64,000 bases of DNA, taken from positions 2,483,767 through 2,547,766 of the forward strand of contig CBDEST010000005.1 in NCBI GenBank assembly GCA_965242625.1, in the 5' to 3' direction. This document shows, piece after piece, positions 27,408-37,164 of the stretch. The first letter of the stretch is position 1. Each line of letters opens with the position of its first letter. This DNA comes from Bryobacterales bacterium. GTDB taxonomy: Bacteria; Acidobacteriota; Terriglobia; Bryobacterales; UBA6623. The notes below the pieces were generated by a model. The model worked only from the letters and a program-made list of their open reading frames with translations. It was not told where the DNA came from and did no database searches. A program made the position numbers and the translations under genes.

Positions 27408-27950
27408 ATGCCCGAGAAGTTGAACGAGCGACATGGATTCATCGTCATTGCGCTGCGATACCACGACCAGCAGAAGCAGATTGATGTGGCCAAGGACGCG
27501 GCTCTCTCACCGGCTGGGTTGGATTCGCGGGAGAGCGAGACCTTCGTCGCACTTGCCGCCCTAGAAGAGCGAGGTCTGGTCAGCGTCCGCGAGCCTCTGG
27601 ACACGCACTGCAGCATAGTCTCACTGACTCCAGGGGGTCGTGAGCTGGACAGGCGGCTTCGGAACGTCGATGAGATTGATCGACTCACCCGTGCACTGCC
27701 TCGGGAACCGTGGCAGCCAGTCAATGAGGACGCCTCGCCCACGCTGCGGGAAGCCTGCAAGGGGATCTGGGACGGTGCTGTTATCGGCGGCCTCTGCCGC
27801 CATGCCAACGGAATCAGTCTCGAGGATTTGCACTCGACGATTCTCGGCGGGGCGACGAACCGGACGACACCGACATGCAGGACCGATCAACGTATCAACG
27901 TACAGGCTACGGAGCAGGTACTTGTTGCGTATGTACGACGCGAGAACTGA
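27408..27950 (+). CDS. Possible MarR-like winged-helix regulator
   Basis: ATG at 27408. QKQIDVAKDAALSPAGLDSRESETFVALAALEERGLVSVREPLDTHCSIVSLTPGGREL resembles a MarR HTH-wing, but the evidence is weak. Confidence 0.35.
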   Translation: MPEKLNERHGFIVIALRYHDQQKQIDVAKDAALSPAGLDSRESETFVALAALEERGLVSVREPLDTHCSIVSLTPGGRELDRRLRNVDEIDRLTRALPREPWQPVNEDASPTLREACKGIWDGAVIGGLCRHANGISLEDLHSTILGGATNRTTPTCRTDQRINVQATEQVLVAYVRREN

Positions 27951-28115
27951 TAGCTACCCGCTCTCGATTTACTCCCGCGGCGACTGGCCTGCACCGGAAC
28001 TCTGGCCAGAGGGCAAGGTCGGAAGCCCAAGCCCCGTGCCGGACACCAACCCAGCCCGACTCAAGAACGCTCCGTACTTCCCCATCGAACCATTGGAGAC
28101 ATGCGAGGAACCGCC

Positions 28116-29333
28116 ATGACCATTGCCGAGATGCTGGATCGGGAGGATGTCCTGATCTTCGATACCGAGACCACGGGGTTCGCCAAGTGGTCCGAGATCG
28201 TCGAGATTTCGATCATCGACACACGGGGCGATGTGCGACTCAACACTGTTGTCATGCCCCGTGGCACCGTGCTGGAGGACGTGGTCAAGGTCCACGGCCT
28301 CACCAAGGAGCGGCTAGCCGAGATGGACGCCCCGCAGTGGACAGACGTATTCAAGAAAGTCCAAGCGGTCCTCGGAGGCGCGCAAGTACTCGCCGCGTAC
28401 AACTTCGCCTTTGACCGGCGGATGATCGAGCAGACCAATCAGAAGCACCGCACCGGATTCGATCCGTACATCAAGATGCCGTCGAACTGCTGCATCCTGC
28501 GCGAGTACAAGCGGTTTGTCCGCCTCGGCCTGACCGACCTCGAACTTCCTTCATCCAATAATCTGTCCGAAGCCTACACCGCTCTAACCGGCGAGGAACC
28601 TTCGGATGAGCACCGAGCACTCCCCGATTGTCTGGCGACGCTCGCGGTCATGCGCGTCATGGCAAGGCACTACCGCGAAGCTGGTTGCTCGCGGACTGTC
28701 GAACTTTCCACCGCTCCCCGCTACACACCGCCGACGTCGAGGCGAGCGGAAGGCAAGCAGTTCGCCATCACCGGCAAGTTCGCCAAAATGTCTCGATCCG
28801 TACTGGTAGGTTTGATCCAGAGCGGCGGCGGCAGTGTCACTCAATCTGTCAGCCCACGCACTGATTACTTGGTTCGTGGCAACAGCCCCGGCAAGACCAA
28901 GACGAGGGGCGCGAACGAGCACGATGTAAGAGTCATCGGCATTGCCGAGGTACTGAAGATGCTTGGTTCCCATGAGGTCAAGACTGATACCGTGCATGAT
29001 GAACCGGTGCCGGTGGGCACGGTCAGAGAAAACGTAAAGCGTCCGCCGATCAATCCGGCCAACTTCAGAGGGTATGAGCAACCGGAGTGCCGCGGTACTG
29101 CGCTTGCAGGCAAGCGGCTCGCCATAACTGGAGTGTTTGCGGAGTTCTCCCGCCGCGAAGTCCAGACATTGATCTCAGACCATGGCGGAGAGGTGACGAA
29201 CCACATAAGTCGCAAGACTGATTACTTGGTCGCTGGAGAGCGGGCTGGATCCAAGCTCGCCAAGGCCGGGAAGGCGGGCACTTCTGTCATCACCATCCAC
29301 CAGCTCCTGAATATGATCCAGCCCCACGAATAG
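28116..29333 (+). CDS. DEDDh 3'-5' exonuclease (DnaQ/epsilon-like) fused to two BRCT domains
   Basis: Exo I is LIFDTETTG, Exo II is AAYNFAFDRRM and Exo III is HRALPDCLATL. Two LigA-type BRCT repeats follow (GKQFAITGKF...TDYLVRG; GKRLAITGVF...TDYLVAGERAGSKLAKA). GAGGAA lies 6 nt before ATG 28116. Confidence 0.8.
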   Translation: MTIAEMLDREDVLIFDTETTGFAKWSEIVEISIIDTRGDVRLNTVVMPRGTVLEDVVKVHGLTKERLAEMDAPQWTDVFKKVQAVLGGAQVLAAYNFAFDRRMIEQTNQKHRTGFDPYIKMPSNCCILREYKRFVRLGLTDLELPSSNNLSEAYTALTGEEPSDEHRALPDCLATLAVMRVMARHYREAGCSRTVELSTAPRYTPPTSRRAEGKQFAITGKFAKMSRSVLVGLIQSGGGSVTQSVSPRTDYLVRGNSPGKTKTRGANEHDVRVIGIAEVLKMLGSHEVKTDTVHDEPVPVGTVRENVKRPPINPANFRGYEQPECRGTALAGKRLAITGVFAEFSRREVQTLISDHGGEVTNHISRKTDYLVAGERAGSKLAKAGKAGTSVITIHQLLNMIQPHE

Positions 29334-29357
29334 GATCGCAACGACACTGCGATTGCG

Positions 29358-29550
29358 TGTTAGCCCAAGGCTTAAGCGTCCGGTGCTGGCAGTCCCTTGT
29401 TGTCCGCCTTTTCGGAGCAGCGGAGCAGCATGCTGGACCCAATGCCACAAAGCCCTGGGCCAAGCCCATGGGCTGCAAGGAGTCGGTGGGAACATCTATG
29501 GCGATCACGCGGCTGCGACGGGCGGGGCTAGGGCGTTGTGCGGCCGTCGC
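29358..29550 (+). mobile_element. MITE-400, copy 6 (degenerate left half)
   Basis: tgttagcccaaggcttaagcgtccgg... follows the MITE body, including a degraded hairpin, as far as ...gtgcggccg. Confidence 0.55.
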
Positions 29551-30211
29551 CTGCACCCGTGCGTGTAGATCCGGGTGGCTCTGGTCCCCGACCTCCGATG
29601 TCTTCCTCAGGTACAACGCGGACTCGATGGAAGGCCACCAGAGGCGGTTGGGCATGTCTTGCAGCACACCCTCCCGAGGGTCTGTAAGCACCTCGTTCCC
29701 GCATCCCATCCCTCGGCTGCGCTGCAGGCTCGTTGTCGGACTGGAATGCACTCGGAGCTGACACTGTTGCAACAGGCTTCTATGGGCCGGGAGGGTGCGT
29801 GGCCAAACCGGGATAGGCGTCAGGCGCGGGTATGAGGGCGGTGTCATCCACGCCACGCCCGCCCCGGCCGATTACGCGGATCCCGATGTGCGCGAATTCC
29901 GAGAATCGGATGCAAGCTCGCACTAGCAAGCCTGTCTGGACGATCCGCGAAGCTCGGTTGGGAACTGTCCGAGATCCTGCAGGTCGAAGGCTGTCAGTCG
30001 CTGGAACACGCATGCGACCGAAGCGTCCCGCGCAGGTCCATGGAACGGTCGGAGATGGTCCTGCGATGCGTGTCAACCGCGCTTGCGACGCGGTAGACAC
30101 GCTGGCATGGGACGCGGCTTCGCTGCGACCGCCGGACGAACACAGAGCCCGACCGACTCGTTCTGGACTGCGGGCGGCTGGGATAGACTCTCGACTTCCG
30201 GCAATTTACAT

Positions 30212-30240
30212 GCGGGCGGCACTCTCCGAGTGCCGCCCGC
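30212..30240 (-). terminator. Stem-loop just downstream of the giant lipoprotein gene
   Basis: A perfect 13-bp stem gcgggcggcactc-tcc-gagtgccgcccgc begins 30 nt after the 30270 stop. There is no clear U-tract. Confidence 0.45.
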
Positions 30241-30269
30241 CGCTGGAACCCGATGCATGCGCGATGCAG

Positions 30270-33200
30270 CTAGGGAGCCAGTTCCGCTCCGAATGCTCCC
30301 TGGATGGGGCCTCTCTCCTCGCCGACGCCGAAGAGTTCGCTGAAGACGTTGAGTTGCCACGTCCCCAGCATGCCGATAGGACCGCTGGGAGTGTTGCCGA
30401 TAAACCGGCCTGACAGCTCGCCCGTGAGGTCGCTGTGACTTACAGACGAAGGCGGGGTTGGATTGCTGGTGATAGTCCAGAATTCCTCCGAGCCATCGAG
30501 ATAGAGGAAGGATAGCTCGCCGCCCCCGTAGTTGTTCATGGCGACAGGGACTTCCAAGTTCAACTGCGCTCTGTGCAGGCGCGCCAAGTTCCCCTCCGGG
30601 CTTGCCGGAGCCGAGATCAGCGGAACGTCCGCGTAGAGTTCGACGTCGTTGAGTTCGGCTACGTCGAATCCACTGAAACGGGGAGCCCAAGTGACGACTA
30701 GATCCTCCGCCCCGTCTTCAGCTGGCTTGAAGAAAAATCTCCCGTTCGAGGCATTATACGAGCGTTGAAGGGGGCTAGCTCCCCCTTGCACCAACCGGCC
30801 GTCCACCGTGTCCAGTTCCACCGACACGTCGTCGAGGTCGCTGCTGAACCCGAGAACGCTGCGATCGTCGCCGTAATTGGCGATCTCTCCCGCGAAAGTC
30901 ACCGACTTGACTTCCGGCAGCACGGCCGAATTGACCAAGTCCGCCCGCCCGAACTGCAGCGCGCCGAACGCCGGGTTGGTCGAGCGGAGATCGCTGACCT
31001 TGACGCGCACTTGGCCGCCAACCTCGGCCGCGTTCCACTCCACCCGCGCTTCGACGCTGCCCCTGTAGAACTGGTTGTTCTGGGCCGCCACCGTGCTGCC
31101 CACGTAGCGGGCTAGCACGTTGGTGGAGCCGCTCGCCGGGTATTGCGGCTGATCCGCGGCTTCATAGGCTCGCGTCGGAGCCACTGGACTGTACGCGAAC
31201 GCCCCGATCCCGCCGAAGGGTCGGGAATCCGGGTCGGAGCTATCGATCAATCCGGCGCCCGCGAACGGGGACTCCTGCTTGCGCCAAGCCCCGAAACGGG
31301 TGAAGTCGGTCTTGCCGGTCTGGAGCAAGAGCCTCGATTTGGGTCGGCTGTAGATAGCGCTGAGCGACGCGCTCGCGACCACCGGATTCGTGCTCTGGCC
31401 CGCGAAGACACCGCCGCTGTCGAACGCCGCCTCGAACGCTTCCATGTTTTCCAGCGCCGCGACGATGTCGTCGATTTCCGCCAGCACCTCCCTGTCCTGC
31501 GGGTCGTTGCTGGAGTTGACGGGGTAGTTGAGCCAGGCGGTCCACTTGCCCTCGATAGCCTGCGGTGTCTCGACCGCGCCGCTGTCCGGCGTCAGGACGC
31601 CGGTGTTGAACCCGGGGACCACCACCGGTCCGGCACCGGGCGTAGTTACCCCGTCTTCAACGCGGGCAGCACGAATCTCCGGGATATCCGGGCCGAAGAT
31701 CTTGCGCATCTCCGCTTGGATCGCCGAGAAGACTTCCTGCCGTCGGTCGTTCGCGAACGTGGCGTCGACATCGCCCAGATTGATCAGCTGCTGGAGCCGG
31801 GCCCGCTGCTTGATGACCTCCGCCCGGACCTCGCTCACGTGCGTGGCCTTGATCACCTCCTGCTGCGCGGCTAGGGCCACCTCGTCGGTCGAGGTGACGG
31901 GATACTCGAGTGCGAAGAGCTTGGCCCGGTCCAGTTCGAACACGGTCTGGGCATCGAAATTCACGAACCCGTCGCGCGTCCGGATCCGGACTTCGCCGAC
32001 ATCCGCGTCCGGGCCGACATCACCCCCTGGTGTGGTTATGACTATAGGTCTTGTCGTGTCTCGAACGGAAACCGGCACTAAAGCGTTAATGCCCTCGGCT
32101 GTTCCTCGACCTACATTAGGATTGGGACACGTACCGGCACCGCCGGGACACGCGAACGAGTCCACGGCGCCCTCGATTCCGTATGTCGACCAAGGGATCC
32201 ATCTAACCCGATAGCCCAATTGCGTCGTGGTTGTTTCGGGCAGCGTGAGTTCCACCTCGTACTGCTCCACGGCGCTCCCGCCCAGGCTGTCCGACGAAAT
32301 CTCGAGCTTCGTGTCGCCCGGCTTGATTTCCGGGGGCGCGCTGCTGTCGGTGAGCCACACGCTGGCGGGGTTCGCCGCCGACCCGCCCACCTTGCTCAGG
32401 TCATTTTTCAGAGCCGCGTTCGGGTCGAGCCGTTCGACGCGTTCCACGCCGAACCCGCCGGCCAGGATCTCCTCGTCCACGGCCAGTCGCCACGTGCCGA
32501 TCGCCTCGGTTCCTGCCTCGTCGCCCCGGCCCAGCAGCCGGCCCGAGAAGCGCCCGCCTTCGAAGACGGTGTCCGTTCTGCTCCCGACCCCCGGCATGTA
32601 GGAGATGCGCCCCTCGCCGGTGCCGGTCCGGACTCGCCACGAGCCGCGCCTCTCCAGCGAGGCCCTCGGAAGCACGAAGTGGGACACGTCGCCGCCCAAG
32701 CCGAAGCTCCACGCCTCGCCCGTGTTCGAGTCGGCGAGCCCCCGCACCAAGCCGTCCACGTCTCGCGCTGCGAAGTTCACCGTGATTTCCATCGTGCCTT
32801 GGTAGAGGGTGCCCTCCTGGTCCGCGGCGTGCGTGACGCCCGCGTAGTACCCGTTGCCCGCGGTCTGGACGTCGCTCGCCCGCATGGTCGGCTCCATCGT
32901 CGACCACGCGAATCCCTGCGCCCTGTCCGCGCCTCCGGGGCCCGCGGCCGCGTGATCCGTCTCGTTGTACACCGCCGCCCCGAACCGCGTCGAGCCCAGG
33001 ACTCCCAGCGTGCTCGTAGCGGTCCACTTCACGCGGTTGAACGCGGCTTTCGCCTGCGCTTCCGTGCGCTCCGGGAATCCCAGCAAGCGGTCGGGTCCGT
33101 TCTCTTTCGTCGCCGCCACCAAGGCTTCTTCGGTGCTCAGCGCTGCGATGACCCCGTCGAACGCCTCCAGCACGCGGTTCTGGGACACGATGCGCTCGAG

Positions 33201-35171
33201 CAACTCCACTATCACCTGGTTTCCATTCTCCAGCACCGGGTCTCCATCGGCGTCCCTCTGAATCAAATCCAAGCCGAAGAGCCCGGCCACCAACTTATCC
33301 GCAGCGTCCCATTGCAGGCCCACCTGCGTGTCGAACGCCGTGGAACTGATGCCGTCGGCCTCTCGCAACTCGACGAGGCCCTCCACCCGGTCGCGAATCT
33401 TTATCATGTCGTCGCGCGCCTCGGCGACCAAGTTCGGTCCCGTCGCCACGGCTCGGCCGCTGCCCAGTAGGTCGTCCATCGAGAGGGTCGCGCCCAGCGC
33501 GTTCAGCATGGTGCCGGTCTCGTCGGCGGCCGTCTCGGGGTCGTCCGTGCTCAGGCTCGGCCGACCGTGCGTGTCGACCGCGTTCGTGTGCATCGCCGTG
33601 CCGACGATCGGCACGTCGAAGCGCGTGCCGGCCAGCATGCCTTCGTCGTCCTTGGACACGCGGAACATAGCCCCGTCCGGTCCGGTGATCTCCCCCATGC
33701 CGGACGCCGGCAGATTCGCATCGCCCACGTCGTATCCGCTGCCGTCCTCCCGCGCCGAGGCGGTCAAGCCCGTGCCCGCGATGACCATCGTCATGGGCCG
33801 GTATGCCGCCGCCCACGTGCCGCCGGTCAGCGTCAGCTCGTACTCGTTGGCGGCGCCGGTGGCGTCGTTCTCGGCACCCTCCACCCGGTCGCCGGACGCG
33901 ACCGATGCCTCGCCCTGCATCCAGCGACCCTGCTCGTCGGTCGCCAGTTCGACGCTCATGCCGCTGGTACCCAACCTCACGGACTGCCGCGTGGGCTCGT
34001 GCATGGCCGACCACTCGCCGGCGTCGCGCATGCTCAGCCGGTAGGTCTGCCCGAAGGAATTCTGCGTGACCCCGCCGTCCTCGACAGCGGTGCCGTCCTC
34101 GAAGGACCACCCGCCGGCCTCGGTCGTCATCAGCCGCACCGTCTCTTGGCTGCCGCCCAGGTCCACGACCCGGGGCGTCGCGATGAACGCCGCCATCCAC
34201 ATGCCGTCGTCGTCCATCGTCAGGCGGTACCGGTTGTCGTTCTCCGCGGTTGCCACGTAGCCCTCGAGCACTACGCTGTCACCCAGCGCCCAGCCGCCGG
34301 CTTCGGTACTCGTCAGCATGACGGTGTCGCCGCTCGTGCCGAGCGTCACGCTCTGCGTCATCGGCATGAACATCGCCATCCACATGCCGTCGTCGTCCAT
34401 CGTCAAGGTGTAGCTGAGAGTGCCCACCATGTGGGTATCGGTGCCGTCGCCGGCCAGTTCCATCTCGCCGAGCATCCACACGCCCGCCTCGTTGGTCATC
34501 AGCTCGACCGTGTTGTCGCTCTTGCCGAGCGTCACGGTCTGCGTCATCGGCATGAATGTCGCCATCCACATGCCGTCGTCGTCCATCGTCAAGGTGTAGC
34601 GGGCGCCCTCGGTACTGGTTGCCAGGCCGCCGGCCTCGAACGCGGCGCCGTCCATCGAGAAGCCGCCGGCCTCGGTGGTCATCAGCGTGGCGGACTCGCC
34701 GCTTGCGCCGAGGGGGACCATGACCTCCATCGGCTGGAACGCAGCCGACCAAGTCCCGTCGGCCAGCGTCAGCACGTACGTCCGGCCGCCCTCGCCCTCG
34801 ACGGGGCTCTCGGCCCCGCCCGTGAAGGCCTCTCCATCGAGCGTGAAGCCGCCGGCCTCGGTGGTCATCAGCGTCAACGTGCCGCCGCTGTCGCCAAGCG
34901 CGACCTCGACCGCCTCCGGCTGGAACGCCGGAGGCGGGGCGGGCGCCGGAGCTGGCGGAGTCGCGACGGGCGCGGGTTCGTCGCCGCCGCAACCGGCCCA
35001 GCCGAGCGCCACCAAGGCGCACAGCGCGAGCACGGCCCCGCGTCCAGTTCTGAAATCTGTGGTTGAAGGCTTGGAAGAAAGCACGCAATGCACCCCTATC
35101 GTTCGAATACCGTTCTGTGCCAGAGACTGGCCGGTGGGGAGTGACTCGATGTACACACCATCCCGAACCAA
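30270..35171 (-). CDS. Giant repeat-rich putative surface lipoprotein with TbpB/fHbp-like C-terminal beta-barrel motifs (tentative)
   Basis: The signal with Cys reads RGAVLALCALVALGWAGCGGDE. The track start is TTG, and GTG 35084 is plausible. There are ~8 modules of ~55-60 aa (LMTTEAGG...Y-LTMDDDGMWMA-F-P). The C-terminus reads GRFIGN...GTW......GAFGA. Confidence 0.6.
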   Translation of the reverse strand: MVRDGVYIESLPTGQSLAQNGIRTIGVHCVLSSKPSTTDFRTGRGAVLALCALVALGWAGCGGDEPAPVATPPAPAPAPPPAFQPEAVEVALGDSGGTLTLMTTEAGGFTLDGEAFTGGAESPVEGEGGRTYVLTLADGTWSAAFQPMEVMVPLGASGESATLMTTEAGGFSMDGAAFEAGGLATSTEGARYTLTMDDDGMWMATFMPMTQTVTLGKSDNTVELMTNEAGVWMLGEMELAGDGTDTHMVGTLSYTLTMDDDGMWMAMFMPMTQSVTLGTSGDTVMLTSTEAGGWALGDSVVLEGYVATAENDNRYRLTMDDDGMWMAAFIATPRVVDLGGSQETVRLMTTEAGGWSFEDGTAVEDGGVTQNSFGQTYRLSMRDAGEWSAMHEPTRQSVRLGTSGMSVELATDEQGRWMQGEASVASGDRVEGAENDATGAANEYELTLTGGTWAAAYRPMTMVIAGTGLTASAREDGSGYDVGDANLPASGMGEITGPDGAMFRVSKDDEGMLAGTRFDVPIVGTAMHTNAVDTHGRPSLSTDDPETAADETGTMLNALGATLSMDDLLGSGRAVATGPNLVAEARDDMIKIRDRVEGLVELREADGISSTAFDTQVGLQWDAADKLVAGLFGLDLIQRDADGDPVLENGNQVIVELLERIVSQNRVLEAFDGVIAALSTEEALVAATKENGPDRLLGFPERTEAQAKAAFNRVKWTATSTLGVLGSTRFGAAVYNETDHAAAGPGGADRAQGFAWSTMEPTMRASDVQTAGNGYYAGVTHAADQEGTLYQGTMEITVNFAARDVDGLVRGLADSNTGEAWSFGLGGDVSHFVLPRASLERRGSWRVRTGTGEGRISYMPGVGSRTDTVFEGGRFSGRLLGRGDEAGTEAIGTWRLAVDEEILAGGFGVERVERLDPNAALKNDLSKVGGSAANPASVWLTDSSAPPEIKPGDTKLEISSDSLGGSAVEQYEVELTLPETTTTQLGYRVRWIPWSTYGIEGAVDSFACPGGAGTCPNPNVGRGTAEGINALVPVSVRDTTRPIVITTPGGDVGPDADVGEVRIRTRDGFVNFDAQTVFELDRAKLFALEYPVTSTDEVALAAQQEVIKATHVSEVRAEVIKQRARLQQLINLGDVDATFANDRRQEVFSAIQAEMRKIFGPDIPEIRAARVEDGVTTPGAGPVVVPGFNTGVLTPDSGAVETPQAIEGKWTAWLNYPVNSSNDPQDREVLAEIDDIVAALENMEAFEAAFDSGGVFAGQSTNPVVASASLSAIYSRPKSRLLLQTGKTDFTRFGAWRKQESPFAGAGLIDSSDPDSRPFGGIGAFAYSPVAPTRAYEAADQPQYPASGSTNVLARYVGSTVAAQNNQFYRGSVEARVEWNAAEVGGQVRVKVSDLRSTNPAFGALQFGRADLVNSAVLPEVKSVTFAGEIANYGDDRSVLGFSSDLDDVSVELDTVDGRLVQGGASPLQRSYNASNGRFFFKPAEDGAEDLVVTWAPRFSGFDVAELNDVELYADVPLISAPASPEGNLARLHRAQLNLEVPVAMNNYGGGELSFLYLDGSEEFWTITSNPTPPSSVSHSDLTGELSGRFIGNTPSGPIGMLGTWQLNVFSELFGVGEERGPIQGAFGAELAP
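33730..34950. repeat. In-frame tandem module repeats (~170 bp) inside the giant gene
   Basis: Recurring peptide blocks are V-LG-SG-...-L-T-EAGGW/F ... YTLTMDDDGMWMA-FMPMTQ. The coordinates are approximate. Confidence 0.6.
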
Positions 35172-35703
35172 GGCTACGAAGGGCTCACGACCCTAGTCAA
35201 GCCGATTGTAAACTATCCGCACCTAGGGTTGTCAAGCCTAGCAGCCTAGACTCCTGCGACAGCATGTAAATTTCCAGTCAATTCGACAACGGGCGTGCTC
35301 TTTCCCGCCGCCGCGGACAGCCTGTCGCGCCTCCGAGCAGCGTGTTAGCGCGCCTCCGAGCGTCCCCGCGGATCGGCGCAATCGTGCGTTGCGGCTCGCA
35401 CGGAAGCGCGCGCCGAGCCAGTCCCGCGCTCCGATTCGTCGCCTTTCGCGGCAAGGCCCGACCGTGCGGGAAGACGAGCCTGCTCGGTTACGTCTGCCGA
35501 CCGCGCATGCGCGATCGGCCACCGGCCGCCTGCGGCGACTTCAGTTGTCGCGCCGCAGTCATCCGCTACGGAAGTCGCAAGCCAGCCAAGACATTCCACC
35601 TGACGGTTCACCGAGAGTCAAGCCGCCATCCGGTCGGCACCGCGCCTCCGCGGGCAAAGCCGCTTCCCTCCGCCGCCAAGACCGGACTTGGCATCCCGGA
35701 TGC

Positions 35704-37164
35704 CTACGCAGCCAGGACACCCCGGATGACGTGACCGTGCACGTCCGTCAGGCGGTAGTCCCGTCCGCCGAACCGATAGCTCAAGTTCTCGTGGTCCAGA
35801 CCGAGCAGGTGGAGCACGGTCGCGTGCAGGTCGTGAACCGTGCATTGGTTTTCCACGACGCGGTAGCCGTACTCGTCGGTTTGACCGTAGACGATGCCCT
35901 TCTTGAGCCCCCCGCCCGCCAGCCACATGCTGAATCCGTACGGGTTGTGATCGCGGCCGATCGTCCCTTGCGCGAACGGCGTGCGACCGAACTCGCCCGA
36001 GAAGATCACCAGCGTGTGGTCGAGCAGGCCGCGCGCCTTCAGATCCTTCACCAACGCGGCGACCGGCTGGTCCACCGTCAGCGCGTTCGCGCCGTGCCCG
36101 ATCTCCAGCTTGTTGTGCTGGTCCCACGGGTTGCCCATGCCGTCGGACTTCCCGGGCGTGTTGACCATCGTGAGTTCGACGAAGCGCACGCCCCGCTCCA
36201 CCAAGCGGCGCGCCAGTAGGCACTGCTTGGCGTAGGCTGCCGTGGATGGATTGGAGGAATCGACGCCGTACAGCTTCCGGGTCGCTTCGGTTTCGCTGGC
36301 GAGGTCGACCAGTTCTGGTACCGCGGCTTGCATGCGGTAGGCCGTTTCGTAGTTGGCGATCGCGGCTTCGACCGGTTCGTTGTCGCCGATCGTCTCCAGG
36401 AATCCCTCGTCCATGCGCCGGACGAAATCGAGCTGCCGGCGCTGGCGGCCGTCCGGCCCCGACGGCACGATGTTGCGGAGCGGCTCGGCCTGTCCCGGAT
36501 GGATCAGCGAGGCTTGATGGATCGACGGCAAGAACCCGTTGCCCATCATGGCGATGCCGCCGTGCGGAATGCCACCGCCGCCCGTGACCACGAAGCCCGG
36601 CAGGTTCCGGTTCTCGCTGCCCAGTCCGTAGGTGACCCACGCCCCCATGCTCGGGAAGCCCGCAAACGGCAGGCCGCAATGGAAGTAATAGTTGCCTTGG
36701 GCGTGCTCCATGAACTTGGCGGACATGGAGCGGATCACGCATAGCTCGTCGGCGATCTCGCCGATGCGCGGGAAGAGATCGCTGACGGGGATCCCGCTCT
36801 CGCCGCGCGGCTTGAACTCCCACGGGCTCGGGAAGATCGTGCCGTCCTGGTTGAACATGGTCCGCTCGGTCTTGAACGGCATCGGCTGGCCGGCTTCCCG
36901 GGCGAGGCGCGGCTTGGGATCGAACGAATCGACGTGCGACAGGCCGCCCGACATGTAGCAGAAGATGACGTTCCGGACCTTGGGGTCGAAATGCGGACGC
37001 CTCGTCCCGGGCTGCTGGCCGGGGTCGGAATCCTCCCTGGCGGCGCGCGCTTCCTCCGCCATCAGCGCGGCGGCGGCCAGCATGCCGAATCCGGTCGACG
37101 TGGCGCCGAGCATCTCCCGCCGGCTGAAGCGCCGCGGAACTCCTAGCGGCCGTTTAGCGGACAT
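35704..37164 (-). CDS. DUF1501 family protein (sulfatase-like, Tat-signal)
   Basis: ATG at 37164. The Tat-like signal is RRFSRREMLGATSTGFGMLAAAALMA. Motifs are NVIFCYMSGGLSHVDSFDPKP and HGRDHNPYGF. It is paired with a PSCyt/DUF1553 gene. Confidence 0.8.
   Translation of the reverse strand: MSAKRPLGVPRRFSRREMLGATSTGFGMLAAAALMAEEARAAREDSDPGQQPGTRRPHFDPKVRNVIFCYMSGGLSHVDSFDPKPRLAREAGQPMPFKTERTMFNQDGTIFPSPWEFKPRGESGIPVSDLFPRIGEIADELCVIRSMSAKFMEHAQGNYYFHCGLPFAGFPSMGAWVTYGLGSENRNLPGFVVTGGGGIPHGGIAMMGNGFLPSIHQASLIHPGQAEPLRNIVPSGPDGRQRRQLDFVRRMDEGFLETIGDNEPVEAAIANYETAYRMQAAVPELVDLASETEATRKLYGVDSSNPSTAAYAKQCLLARRLVERGVRFVELTMVNTPGKSDGMGNPWDQHNKLEIGHGANALTVDQPVAALVKDLKARGLLDHTLVIFSGEFGRTPFAQGTIGRDHNPYGFSMWLAGGGLKKGIVYGQTDEYGYRVVENQCTVHDLHATVLHLLGLDHENLSYRFGGRDYRLTDVHGHVIRGVLAA

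Noticed and set aside
31143-35196. Many 100-500-aa ORFs lie on the plus strand and in alternative minus frames across the giant lipoprotein gene. Similar shadows cover 35.6-40.5 kb and 47291..48538.
   Set aside because: They are antisense or alternative-frame shadows of clearly coding high-GC genes, with repetitive Arg/Pro/Gly-rich translations.
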